From Utricularia gibba (taxonomy: Eukaryota > Plantae > Magnoliophyta), in NCBI GenBank assembly GCA_002189035.1, contig NEEC01000019.1:868001-932000 (forward strand): a stretch of DNA of 64,000 nucleotides, written 5' to 3'. Below are positions 38,288-50,593 of this stretch, piece by piece (positions within the stretch are counted from its first letter, which is position 1; every line of letters starts with the position of its first letter). The notes below the pieces were generated by a model, which searched no databases, was not told the DNA's origin, and was given only the letters and a program-made list of their open reading frames with translations. The position numbers and the translations under genes are program-made.

Positions 38288-39173
38288 ATTGTAACGTAAG
38301 CAACATCTTTGATAACTGCCTGCATTGTATTCCTGATTGTAAAGATAATATTCATATCTCTATAGTTCCAAGAAACTACACCAAAGACTGGATGGCTCCA
38401 TAACAGGCACCCATTTTGCTCAGCTACTTCGCTAGATAATTGGAAACGAATGCAAAGAACAAGGGTTTAACCTAGCCTGAAGTTGGCATCTTTCGCCAAT
38501 GATATGAATGAAACTGCAGCCAAAATGAAATCCCATTGGGAATCATCTTCTTAGCAGGTAGATTTTAGTAAAGCTTTAGTCTTTCTGTGTTTGAGAGCTT
38601 GCTGTATCATGAAAATGAAACTAGGTTTACCAGTGATTAGCACAAGGGAGAATCACAAGGGCTGGCCCCTGTTGTTCATTTACCATAAATAAGATGAGGG
38701 AAAATGTAAGAAGTGAAAGGGATTTCCGCTGTTGAGTGTTGGCAAGGGGATGAGCATTTCATAGCACCAGGATTTCTGGGTGAAGGGGCTGAGATTTGCT
38801 CCAAGGGATTGAAAAGGGGAGCATCCACTGCAGACATTTTGCTAGAGATATCTTTGCAAGGGCAAAATGGATAGAGCGATCCTGGGAGATTTAAAGGGAA
38901 CCACACAAGTACAATCTGCGTATCCCAGGAAATCTGGGTAGCGAAACACAAAAAATGTAACTTTCCGATGGAATTTATATACCCATCGCCTTATCGAAAT
39001 TATTCAATTTCACTCGAGACCCACAAATTCTCCACCGCCTATCAACCCCAGCACCCGACCCCGCCTGTCATTTTCCATTCCGTCGCAGCAGTGAGTCGGC
39101 ATGACGAATCCTGCGTGAAGTATAGAGATTTCTCGATATCCTTGTTACCAGCAGAGGTAAAGCATCACCGGAA

Positions 39174-40642
39174 ATGGCCCTCCTGGCGCCGCCGCCGACG
39201 AGCAGTCATTTTCCAACCTTGGAAACCAAGAAATTGAGACCAGGTTCTTCCATTGCCGCTCAAAATTGCAAAGAGTCATCCTTTTGCGCTGCGAGTTTTG
39301 GCCCAAAAAGGAGCTCGGCCAGTAAGTTCCTCCAGAATGGCTCATTATTCCGAAGGAACGAGTGGGGTATCAAAAGAGAGATACCCAGAGTGAGCTTCGG
39401 TTCAGCACCTTCGTCAGCAATGTCTTTTGGGAAAATATTGCTTTCTGATGTAGTTGTGCAGAGGAAGAGGAATGTTTACTGGGGGAGAAAATGGGATGCT
39501 TTAGAAGTAGCCATATTGGCGGTGGTGCTGGCTATGCACGTGTTATGCTTTTTTGCTCCTTTTACTTTCAGTTTTGGCGCCCTTTATGTTGCTATTGGTT
39601 TGTATGTGATCACCGGTCTTCTTGGTATCACGCTCTCCTTCCATAGAAACCTTTCTCACAGGAGCTTCAAGCTTCCCAAATGGCTTGAGTATTTCTTTGC
39701 TTACTGTGGAGTTCAAGCTCTACAGGTTCAAACTTGATTCTTTTTATCCTCTCGAAATTGACACATACCTTATCTCTTGACTGGTGATGCGATGATGCAA
39801 CAGGGAAATCCCATCGACTGGGTAAGCACACACAGATATCACCACCAGTTCTGTGATACAGACAAGGATCCTCACAGCCCTCTTGAAGGATTTTGGTTCA
39901 GTCACATGAGCTGGCTTTTTGACAAGTCATCTGTTGTTCAAAGGGTACCAACCTACTACTAGATGTTAAGTCTCTTCTCTTTCCCTGTTATCAGTGTGTT
40001 ACTAGTAGAGAGAGCATGATATATTGCAGTGTGGAGCGCCCAACAACGTTGGAGATCTGGAAAAGCAGCCCTTTTACAAGTTTCTTCGTAGTACTTACAT
40101 TTTTCACCCCATCTTGCTGGCTGCACTTCTTTATGCCATTGGCGGATTTCCCTACATTGTTTGGGGAATGGTAAGCTACAAAAGCATCAATCGAAATCAC
40201 CTATTCATATCAGTCCCAACTCCTGTTGGCTAAGATGCATCCTTCATTTTGCCTCACAGGGTGTGAGAACAGTGTGGGTGTACCACATCACTTGGCTAGT
40301 GAACTCAGCTTGCCATGTCTGGGGAAACCAAGCTTGGAACACCGGTGACTTATCACGAAACAACTGGTAAATCCACTACTCCACCGCATTGTATTTTCAC
40401 CAAACTGGTACCAGTTATTGAACTACTGATGAACCTGAAGGTGGGTAGCTTTGCTTGCATTTGGAGAGGGGTGGCATAATAACCACCATGCTTTTGAGTA
40501 TTCAGCGAGGCATGGATTGGAGTGGTGGCAATTCGACATGACTTGGTACGTGGTCAGGCTCCTTCAGGCCATTGGTTTGGCCTCCGATGTCAAACTTCCC
40601 ACTGCTGCACACAAGGAGAGGGCCAGGTTTAGTGTAGAATGA
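39174..40642 (+). CDS. FAD5: Acyl-lipid desaturase of the ADS family with plastid transit peptide (FAD5/ADS3-like, 16:0-MGDG delta-7), 5 exons
   Basis: Has His boxes HRNLSH, HRYHH and HNNHH, plus QGNPIDWVSTHR and AFGEGWHNNHH, and a long Ser-rich N-terminal extension. Regiospecificity is inferred. Confidence 0.85.
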
Positions 40643-40829
40643 GATGCTGGTTTTCAAAAGGGGAGATTGTTGTGTCTCCTCAGTCTTCACAAACCCCAAT
40701 GTGCATTTCTTGGATACTGTCTAAAAAGAATTTTGCAACTCATATTCCTTTTTACTTTTATAAAAATAAAAAATAATAATATAAATCTTTTAAAAAATCC
40801 AAAAAAATGCTGGGTTGCGCCTCGAAATG

Positions 40830-41260
40830 TTCTGGGCCAAATGGGTCAGTGTCAATAATGGGTTGAGCCTAGTTAATTAAAGAATGAGATCTAGCCCATC
40901 ACGTTTTAATATGTGAACTAGCCCATTCATTGATTCCAGCCCATCCTGTAAATTAACAATGCCCCGAGCCATACTTAATTGACGGATTGAGTCATAATTA
41001 ATTAATGGGCTGGACTACATATTAAATTACGGGCATGGGCCCAAAAGTGATAATTGGGCTGGTACACAAGATATATGGATTGGGCCGAAATTAATAATGG
41101 AAATTAAATACATTCACATAATCAAATCAGACCATGAATCGTTTGTGCAAGTGATTCATGATTTTTTGATGATTTAAAACACCAACTAAAAATAATGGGT
41201 AATATATTTTTATAATGAGGTTTTATTATCATTGTTGGGCTGACCGTTAGTGGGCCTTAA
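40830..41260. promoter_or_regulatory. Cluster of site II elements (TGGGCY / RGCCCA) upstream of mitochondrial uS15
   Basis: Ten copies counted, near 40833, 40893, 40920, 40938, 41006, 41036, 41055, 41081, 41236 and 41251. Site II motifs are established TCP-binding elements of ribosomal and mitochondrial protein genes. Confidence 0.7.
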
Positions 41261-41802
41261 GCTCTATGGTTCTCGCGATATAAAAAAGCTACAATCGTTC
41301 TTCTCTCGCCGAACTGCCACGTTATTTCTCTATTTGGAAGTGCCGTTGATACTCCGTACGCCATTTTTTGGCGAGGCAGAAGGGGGCGCGGGTAAGTGTT
41401 CGTATTTCAGGTGTGCGATTTATGTGCGGGTTAGGCTTTCTTCCTTTTCGAATCGTATATTTCAATGTTGTGGGGAGTTATGGTGAGAGGCAAAGGGGAT
41501 TTTGTTGTCTGTTAGGTGTTCGATGAAATGCCTAATCTAAAAGTGTGTCTGGAGTAATTGGGATTAAGAAGGTTTTTAAGGTTATTCTTGGAGAATTCTT
41601 AGTCGGTGGTGATTTCTTCTTTCCTTCAATTTCTCATATTTTTTCAATGATTAAGCATTCGCGATAAGAAAATGTTGATTCCAATTATGAATGGTTGGTT
41701 TATGCGCCATGAATTCCTGCAATTTTATTGCTTTTCCAGGACATCGTTCACCTGCATGCTTGTGTGACAATATTCCGAAGCATTGCCTCAGCCCGGTGGC
41801 CT

Positions 41803-43829
41803 ATGGCAGCGACTATTCACATTCACTGCCGCCGGTACGTACGGCCTATGCGCTGCAATTTTTGGTACTCCATCCGGGCGTTTTCATCTGGAGACGAACT
41901 ACCACCTTCCTTTACCGATAATGTGCCACCAGAGCAAGGGACGAAACAATCTTTTGCATCATATGTGAAGGAGGTTAAGGCAAGTCTCAAGTCAGGGTCG
42001 CCGCCGCAAACTCGTCAAACGGCTTTTAGGCTTTCCACCCCATCTGAGGCTCCAGAGCCTAATCCGGTTCCCTCTATTGAAGAACTCCGCCGCAATCTTT
42101 CTGGGTTCCGCCGCAGTTCTGCCTCACAACCGCCATCATCTGATTCAGACCAGTTCGTGTCATTCCAGGAACTCTACAGAAGAAGTGTCATGCCAAACCC
42201 CGATGCCTCTGCTGCCCCTCCATCCACTGCAGCGAAACCTTCATTTGATGCCATTCGCGAAAGCCTCAAACGTTTAAGAGAAAAAACTCCTCCCAGCACT
42301 CAGGGTGGTTATGGTGCAAGTACAATTGACCCGTCATCTCTTGAGCGGTTGAAAGAATCTTTGAAGACAAGACCTGGTCAGACTACTGGTCCTGAATCGC
42401 CTGGAATCAGCTTTTCATTCTCCCCTGCTGACAGGAGCAAGAAAGAAGGTGACGAAGATGCTACGGATCATTCTAGTGAATCAAAAACCATGTATATGAG
42501 GACTTATGGGTATCCAGAACTTGGCACAGAGTTGAAGAAGTTGAGACCAGAAAATAAAAAGGGAAAATGGTTTTCATTGCATGAATTGAACGAGAGGCTC
42601 GTCAAGTTGAAGAAGATTGAGGCAAAGAAGAGGCACAGTCTTCTTGGTGGAGAAATTAGAGAGTGTTTGGAGAAGTTGCGTGATTCTGAAATTGAGACTA
42701 AAAGGGTGCAGAAAGGTGAGTTTTATTTTTCTAAAATTATTTGTTACATATGCTTTGGGGCAAAGAGGTGGAAATTATGGCTGAAAAGCTAATACAACTC
42801 ATGAGAAATAATTGAACCTCTAATGTTTACTGTCGAGGCCATGTGCTGGGTAGTTGCATCCCGAGTGTGGTTTTGATGCTGTTACGTGATTCATGTTTAT
42901 TCTCTCGTTCCCTGATTGTGAACACCATTCTTTATTCGGTCATATGAAATTTTGCTGCAATAAATGGTATTTACATCACTTATCATAATTGGTGTATTTT
43001 TGAATGATCGGCCATTACAGTGCAGAGGCTGGATCATCTTGCCGTGATCGGTGGAACTCCAAAGTACCTATTGTTGCCACCAAAGGAGCACTTATTTGAC
43101 AAGGTATATGTTTTTCTCCAGTTGCATTGATCGTTTATTGATTTCTTATCAACATCCTTGATATATCCATGTTATCATCTCCTCTCTGTACAAGACTTAT
43201 TTTGTTGGCTGGACACCTTGTAGGGAACGCTTTAAGCCTTGAGATTTCAAATTTCTATTATTCACGGCATTTGTTACTTGCTTATCCCATCCATCTGATT
43301 ATGCAGTATTTTCACCCGGACAACATGTCTTCTGCTGAAAAACTTAAGCTAGAGCTCAAGAAAGTAAGAGATGAATTTAAGATGTCGAAGTCTGATTGTG
43401 GATCTGCTCGTGTACAAGGTACAGCTTAGTTCTCGTTGATCATTCTAGATGGTGTTCTTATAATTGCTTTGGCTGACGAAACAAAGTTGCTGGCAATAAA
43501 TTGATACGATCTTCATTTTATGCGCAGTGGCACAGCTGACTACAAAGATTAAACATCTAGCAAAGGTTCTAGCAAAGAAGGTGAGTTTCTATATCACAAT
43601 CCATTCACTACGGGACTCAATTCAACTTATCAAAACATGCTGAATGAGATCTTCCTCTAAACAAAGTGTGCGGTGTTTGCAGGACAAGCATTCAAGAAAA
43701 GGGTTGCAGGATATGGTTCAGAGAAGAAAGAAACTCCTGAAATATCTCCGGCGTACGGACTGGGATTCCTACTGCCTGGTGCTTTCCAAGCTCGGTTTGC
43801 GCGATAACCCTGATCTCGTTAAAGCTTGA
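41803..43829 (+). CDS. Ribosomal protein S15 family with long N-terminal extension (mitochondrial uS15m-like)
   Basis: C-terminal S15 domain YFHPDNMSSAEKLK..DCGSARVQ|VAQLTTKIKHL..|DKHSRKGLQDMVQRRKKLLKYLRRTDWDSY. The N-terminus MAATIHIHCRR..RAFSS resembles a mitochondrial presequence. Confidence 0.88.
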
Positions 43830-43977
43830 AACTTTTAATTTTTATTCCTAGAGAAGAAACTTCTGGTTGAAAATGTATGCCGGAATGATTTTATTAGGAA
43901 ACAGACTGAATATTGCGATTTTATTACAACTATTTCGAGTTCTAAAACAACTCCATGATGCGGTTCACAAGTCTTAA

Positions 43978-45315
43978 TCATACACCAGTATCCTGGTCCG
44001 GCGGCGGTTGAAGCCGTATCTCTTCCACAAGCGGCGGCGGGTTTTCACCCAGAGTGGGTTGTGACAGGGTGTGGGGTGTATCTCCTGTCATCGGTGGTGG
44101 TAAGAAATCCGGTGCGGGAAATGTTGGAGTAGGTTGTGTTAGGATGTGCGGTGTATCTCCTGCCACCGGTGGCGGTATGAATTCCGGCACGGGAAATGTT
44201 GGAGTCTCGATGGCAGGAGGGATGGATGTGGAAATGGGCGGAGGAAAAAAAATGATCGGAATTTGAGCTGCGGTTGGCGGTTGAAATGGCTCAAAAATAG
44301 GTGGCACTGGTATGGTTGCCGGTGAAGGTGGCGGTAAGAGGAAGACATCTGGCGGGGCAAGAGAAAACGCTGGAATTGGGGAAAGAACTAAGGGTGGGGA
44401 TATTCCCGTTGATTCAGGCGGCAATGATGGTAGCGGGAATCCGGTAGCCGGCGGTGATAAAGGAACTAATGGGGGTGGGTATATTATTGGAATTATCTCC
44501 GGGGATGGAGGGAATGGTAGCGGCGGCGCTAATGAGACCAGTGGCGGTGGTAGCGATGGAGGTAGAGGGATTGCTGCCGGCGGGGCTAATGAGACTAATG
44601 GCGATGGAAGCGATGGAGGTAGGGGAATTGCTGCCGGTGGCGCTAATGAGACCGGTGGGGATGGAAGTGATGGAGGTACAAGGATTCCTGCAGGCGGAGA
44701 AGGAATAGGGACAGGTACAGAAGCAGGTGCTGGCAAAAGAACCGGCGCCGGTGGTGGCGGCAATATAATCGGAGGTGGCGGTGACAGGGGTGTGACCGGT
44801 GGCTGCGGCAACGGAACTTGAGGTGGTGGTGACAGGAGAGTGACCGGCGGCAGCGGCAACGGAATTTGAGGTGGTGGTGACAGGAGAGTGACCGGCGGCG
44901 GCGGCAACGGAATTTGAGGTGGTGGTGACAGGAGAGTGACCGGCGTTGGCGGCAACGGAACTTGAGGTGGCGGCAGCAGTGGCACCAAAGGCGGTGGAAA
45001 CACTATTCCCGGTGGAGAAACCTGCACAAAAGGAGGCGGCCGAATGACCGGCGGCCGCGATGGCACCACCGGCGCACGAAAAGGGTTGCTCCTAGAGTTA
45101 ATCGAGAAGGGCCACCGACCACAAGTCTCAAACAAGTACAGATACAAAGGATCACAACTTGATCGCCGCCCACCGCCGCTTCCCACTCTCCCAGCACTTC
45201 TTTTCTCCCGCTCGTGATGTCGCCTCCGGTGGCCAGCACTCCGAGGACCCCCGGCGACAGTCGAAGCAAACACAAGAAACGCAAAGAAAGCAACCAACAT
45301 TGCAGCGCTCCTCAT
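43978..45315 (-). CDS. Secreted proline-rich / extensin-like protein, 445 aa, intronless
   Basis: Signal peptide MRSAAMLVAFFAFLVFASTVAG, a basic segment, a short CDPLYLYLFETCGRWPF motif, then a Pro-rich repetitive body with SPPP motifs. Confidence 0.8.
   Translation of the reverse strand: MRSAAMLVAFFAFLVFASTVAGGPRSAGHRRRHHEREKRSAGRVGSGGGRRSSCDPLYLYLFETCGRWPFSINSRSNPFRAPVVPSRPPVIRPPPFVQVSPPGIVFPPPLVPLLPPPQVPLPPTPVTLLSPPPQIPLPPPPVTLLSPPPQIPLPLPPVTLLSPPPQVPLPQPPVTPLSPPPPIILPPPPAPVLLPAPASVPVPIPSPPAGILVPPSLPSPPVSLAPPAAIPLPPSLPSPLVSLAPPAAIPLPPSLPPPLVSLAPPLPFPPSPEIIPIIYPPPLVPLSPPATGFPLPSLPPESTGISPPLVLSPIPAFSLAPPDVFLLPPPSPATIPVPPIFEPFQPPTAAQIPIIFFPPPISTSIPPAIETPTFPVPEFIPPPVAGDTPHILTQPTPTFPAPDFLPPPMTGDTPHTLSQPTLGENPPPLVEEIRLQPPPDQDTGV
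44520..44685. repeat. Coding tandem repeat, 57-nt (19-aa) unit, about 3 copies
   Basis: PPSLPSPPVSLAPPAAIPL repeated in the minus-strand ORF. Confidence 0.8.
44771..44964. repeat. Coding tandem repeat, 48-nt (16-aa) unit, 4 copies
   Basis: AGGTGGTGGTGACAGGAGAGTGACCGGCGGCAGCGGCAACGGAATTTG at 44821, 44869 and 44917, plus a diverged copy ending at 44820. Encodes VTLLSPPPQIPLPPPP. Confidence 0.88.
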
Positions 45316-47559
45316 GTCAACCCTCTCTTCTCACGCCGGAAGCCGCTCCCATCCATCCCCTTGTACACAGTTGCAAATTTCCCATCGACGACACAATTTC
45401 CAACAATGCATGTAATTGGAGAACGTGACATGCACCAGCCCTCTCACATTTAAGATGGGGTTCACTAAATCAGTCCCCGATTTTATAATAAGATTATGGG
45501 CCTTCGACATGAAGTAAGCCCAAAAAACCCAGTAAGTCGACCTTCAGCCTGGCCCAATAATGATATAACGTAAGAAAATCTTGATTTAATAATGCTTCTA
45601 AAGACTGTTAGAATCGCTTGCTATTGTATGTAAACGACTTCGAGTACGAGTATTGTGCCAATGGTGGCCTAGACAGATGGGAGTTATTAGAACATGTAAT
45701 CTTACGTTGATATTTAAAAATGAAATAATTAAATATATAATAAATTACAAAATATTAGTAATTGATTAGATTTAATATTTTCTAATATAATTTATATTTT
45801 TTGTATTATTGGGCTTCATGTATGTCATTTAATCCATTAAATATTTTAATTTAAACATGATATTAGCGTGTTTGTCTAGTGATATGGCTTGGATAGTTAA
45901 TATGAGCTTGTATTAGTTCGAGTTTCGGTTTAAAAAAAGAAAAAAAAACAAATATGTCATTAGGCTTAGTTGAAAAAAATTAAATCAATCTATGACCTAT
46001 CGAGATTAAAAAACAAGTTTTAATCAAATTAAAGACTAATTCGATTTGAGGGTGATTATTAAAACAAATAATGTCATATCAAGATTTGAAAATATAATAA
46101 TAAATAATAAATAATAAATTATTAGTAATTGATTGAATATATTAATTTTTAATATAATCTACGTTTATTATATACTTAAATTTAAATATACTCGCTAGAT
46201 ACATCATATACTTAATTTCAACATGAGTATCATCCCACATGCCACCTCTACTAAGTATTCGAACATCATGCCCCATACCTTCAAAACCGCTTTCACAGAT
46301 ATCTTATCATCAAGAACACCCTCTGGTTCCCTGAATCCTCCCCCTGTGCGTCTCCCTTCTCTGGCTCGAGTGATGGGATGTACGGGGGCAGTGAAACATG
46401 GCGCCGTAAGCAGTGTGGCCGGAAAACAACAAAAGCAGGAGCATGTGCAGGCAATGAGAGGGAGATGGATTCAGCATCACATGACGCTACAGAAAGGGAG
46501 ATTTGTGGGCTAACTCTAACATGCCTCTGTACGTTGCACATGGAAGAAAACCTCAGTGTCTCGCTTCCAATTGCATTCAGCACATGCTCATGATCCACTT
46601 TCACGCCTCCTCCCGCATTCCTCCCTGACCCCATCTACATGTTTTTTCTTCCAACACACTCACATGTCATCACGCTCTATCTTGTAGTAAGAAAGCGTTT
46701 AAATTAATGATGTATTTGAATTATGTTATTTACAATAAAAATACCCATACAAGTTTTATGAACATGTATTTAAAGTATTATCGTGTTTATTTTGTATATT
46801 TATGATTGAAAAAACCAAAACCTTACTTGATTAAGAAAATTCATGTAGTACAAGGGTTTTGAAACATATATATTTTTTATTAGAACAAGCAATCTCGTAT
46901 TAGACTTGAAATTTCAATAATCAATTATATAATAAATTATAAATTAGTAATAATCTGTTGAATTTTATTTTTTTAATATGATTTATATTTTTATATATTT
47001 AAATTTTACGTATGTTCATAAAAATCATGACATCTTTCATTTCAACAATGATATAGTTTATTTGATATTTTTACTCTCTAATACATTCTTTTTTTATTTA
47101 CATTACGAATATATTATTATTAAAAAATATTTCAGTATATTTGAATCGAAATTAGAGACATTTGGATATGATGAGGGGACAAAATGAATTATGTGAGTGT
47201 AGTGGCAGCATTTTCATTTATTAAGAAAGGGACTCGATCCTTGTACCCTCCTACTCGTAGTTCTGGTTTTTGAGCCTTTGTTGTCTTAAAGATGTACTTC
47301 CAACATTCTTCTCCATATTTGTTGGGATGAAAAACGAAGACGAAGCAACCAGATCACAAGATCAAAAGCGTGAATGTATGCATGCAGCTTTGGCCGGAGC
47401 GGACAAGGATGATAGAGAAGACTCTGCTCCTATAACGACGGGGACTTCTGAAGGGCAGCAGAAGTTTCACACTGAACTCAACTGCACTGCTCCTTTCAGA
47501 ATCCACAACACAGGAACGACAAGAAAAAGATGTAAGCGTCGTGGGAATCCATCATTTCC

Positions 47560-48059
47560 CTAGTGAAGCAGCTCCTGAATCATCTGCTCAATCTGATCAT
47601 CATCAAGAGCACTGATCTGCTCTTCATTCTGGTAACCGCTGCTGGAGGAGCAACCGTTGTTTTCATCATCGATGTCAACAAGGGATGATGCACTGGCCCC
47701 CGCCTCAGCTGGTTTCTGAGCTAATTGCAGAGAAGCCAAGTGACACTTGTGCAGCTTCGCCAACAAGCTGGCGGACAAAAGAGAAGCTGGTGATTCTTGA
47801 GCGAAATTTGTCCGCGCTCTTGGACCGCACATTATCCGGGCAGCTTCATCGTAGGCTCTCGCCGCGTCCTCGGCAGTTTCGAACGTCCCCAGCCATATCC
47901 GCGTCTTCCTGAGAAGCGACAAAACAAAATTGAGAAACAGAGGCAAGTGAAATGGCGTGGGCTGAGTGCTGCATACAGCAAGGGGTGACGAATCTCGGAG
48001 ACCCATGAGCCCCAGTGGCGCTGGCGGACGCCGCGGTAGCGCTGGTGCGGTCTGGCCAT
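47560..48059 (-). CDS. AP2/ERF transcription factor, group V (ERF003/SHINE-related), 2 exons: 48059-47977, 47908-47560
   Basis: [28 protein letters not shown]|[35 protein letters not shown], then LLAKLHKC and a C-terminal [14 protein letters not shown]. 68-nt intron inside the AP2 domain. Confidence 0.93.
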
Positions 48060-48472
48060 CGGAGAAGAGAGTGAGTGAGTGAGTGAGGCGGAAGGCAGGG
48101 CAGGGGCGCAATGGAATTTATTCAAGCGCCAGAGGCGACGTTTTTCTGTTGGCATTAAATGAGATCCCATTAACTTCCTCTCGACTTGTCGGCGCGTGTG
48201 CGTCGTCGGTTGGGGTCCGGTCCTTTTTCTCAGACGTCATTCTGGATGAGTATTGCTGACTCTTTTAAATTCGGATTAAATATAATTAATTATTTTTTTA
48301 GAATAAAAAAGCATAAATTCAAATTAGAACAAATCTAATCTTGTATTTTGATTTTTTCTCTCTTATGTCGTAATTCATAAAATTTAATAATAAAGATAAT
48401 CAATGTTATCATATAGAAATAATCGAAAAAATCATGAATTTGCGATAAATCACAATTATAATTAACCCTAAA

Positions 48473-48520
48473 CTATAATACTCGTATTGAAATGTTCTAT
48501 AATACTCGTATTGAAATGTT
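48473..48520. repeat. Perfect 24-nt tandem duplication
   Basis: CTATAATACTCGTATTGAAATGTT twice (48473-48496, 48497-48520). Confidence 0.9.
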
Positions 48521-49841
48521 GAGTTAACAGGTGAATGCGCGTCAATCCGTGGCGTCCATCCGATAGACTTGTCCACAGAAATTACATGAAGTGTGAATTT
48601 GGGGGACATGAAGTAGTGTTTGTAGTTTTTGAGGATATTGCAGGCACCGCGTAACAGCCCGGCCCACCCTTTTTATGGCCTTACATCATGATGAATTAGG
48701 ACTAGGAGGGGCGGGGGTGGGGGTGGGGATGTCACCGACTATGCGCGGTCTCTGTCGTTGGAGGAGGACGACATATGCCTCCATTGCGCGTCCTTTTAAT
48801 CGCATTGTGGCTCCTGCCCCCAAGGGGCTATTAACAGGTTTTTTTGAAAAATATCTACTGTAATTTGAGGGTGTGATAAATCTATTCAATCTGTGTGTAT
48901 TTTTTTTTGTGTGACGTATGTAATAAAAATGAAGGATAAGTAGATTTCAAATACACACTTCACTCAACACACGCATGGACAGAATTAGTCAGACTTTGTT
49001 GGAGGAGGGAATGAGCCCGGCAAACAAGAAAGTGGAAGTCTTGAGTTCATTACAAGAGCCAACTGCATGGATCATATTGCTTTTGCACCCCTAACTAAGC
49101 CTACTGCTTGCTGGGCATGGGGCTGGGGGGGTTGCGGGTCGGACCCATGAGTGATCCCGGGTTATGACCCACGGGTATAACACAGTGTTTTGATATGCCC
49201 AGAGCAACATCACCGAGACCACATCACAGCTTTTAGGGGGGGGTGGCCTGTGGGTCCCACCTATACAAAAGCAACTCCGAATGCTATTGTCCTACCTCCC
49301 CAGGCCGGTTGCTTGCTTAGAAACAAAATATCCATTATCAAAAATTGCGTTTATATTTTTGTTATTACAATGAAATGTAAAGCATTACGAAAAATAAATT
49401 TATATAATTATAAAATAAAATTAATATTTTTACACATCAATCAATTCCAATAGACAAATACAATTTTGAATGCATCGCTAAGGCTTGTTATGTGAATTAA
49501 AATTTTAAATTATTTATCAATTTTTGTAGATTTCAATGTTATGAAAAATTAGAAATTTAAATTCTCAAATTAGTTCAATAAATAATTATTTTTTGAATTT
49601 TCAAAATTTAGTAAATAAATAAAATATTTATTTTTATCTATTTCAAATATATATTTATGTTTTCATATCAAATATATATAAATATATTAAAAAATAGTTA
49701 TTTAATGATTTTAGAATATTTTTGAAAGAACATTTCACATAAAAAAATATATATTATTTATCAAAATTAGGATAATAAATTTTATAATATGATTTTATGC
49801 TATTTCATAAAATAATTAAATAATCAAAAAGCTAAATATAT

Positions 49842-50593
49842 TCATAAAATATTAAAAGATCCTAATATGGTTTCGTCGGAAGATGGCGGTATACGTGGGA
49901 ATCTCTGCTTCCCCGATCGCTTGTTCGTCAACGCCTCTTCGCGTTCCTTCTCCTCTCGCTCTTCGACCAAGTTGCAGGCCGTCGCTGCGATGACGTTAAC
50001 GGCCATAATGGGATGGCAAGCCGCACCTTCAGTTCAGAAAATGGGATGACGTCCCTAAATTTCTACGGATATTCACAATCTAGGTTACCGAATCCGGCGA
50101 GTCGGTTGATCCATTTGGGAATTGGTTTTCCAGTGAGTTCGATGCACGCGTCGTGACAGAAGTGATTGCTGTTCTTGGAGATGAGATCGTATGCATTGCC
50201 TTTGAACGATTCCCCCAATTTCTTCATAACTACTCGCACATCGTCGGCGGATTTCGCCGTTCGGCCGATTAAAATAGATTTTCTGAAGCTGAGTCCTGGA
50301 AATTGCCTCGGTTCCCCAGAGAATATCCCCGTCGTTGATTTAACGTGAGCGCCAAACGCGTATTCTACTCCATGCACTGTAGAGAAATTCCAGAAACCTA
50401 ATTCCAGAAAATCGACGAAATTGGAGATTCCAGGGGGTTTTAGTTAGTGTACCTACCTACCTTCGACACCAGAGTGGTAGAATCCAATCCCAAACCAGTA
50501 GATGCAGCAATTGATGGGGGTAAGATCGTAGACATTGAGACGAACCGCCGTCGTGCCTGGGCGAATGCTGGCCCGAGGTTTCCAGAAGCTCAT
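49842..50593 (-). CDS. PPPDE / DeSI-like peptidase-family protein, 3 exons: 50593-50461, 50376-50089, 50026-49842; catalytic Cys replaced by Ser
   Basis: Contains VRLNVYDLTP, GFYHSGVE|VHGVEYAFGAH, FRKSILIG and YDLISKNSNHF..LTGKPIPKWINRLA. The last exon is inferred from a 62-nt GT-AG intron. Confidence 0.85.

Noticed and set aside
44054-45428. Gly-rich plus-strand ORFs (e.g. 44312-44821)
   Set aside because: These are antisense shadows of the Pro-rich minus-strand gene. CCN codons read as GGN and suppress stops.
46223-46634. Short overlapping ORFs between the Pro-rich gene and the ERF
   Set aside because: No protein motif, no conserved miRNA sequence and no obvious hairpin. Most likely upstream regulatory DNA.
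50055-50088. 34-nt intron or early stop (GNLDCEYP) in the DeSI gene
   Set aside because: Too short and out of frame. A 62-nt intron to 50027 gives a plausible GAACHPIM continuation.
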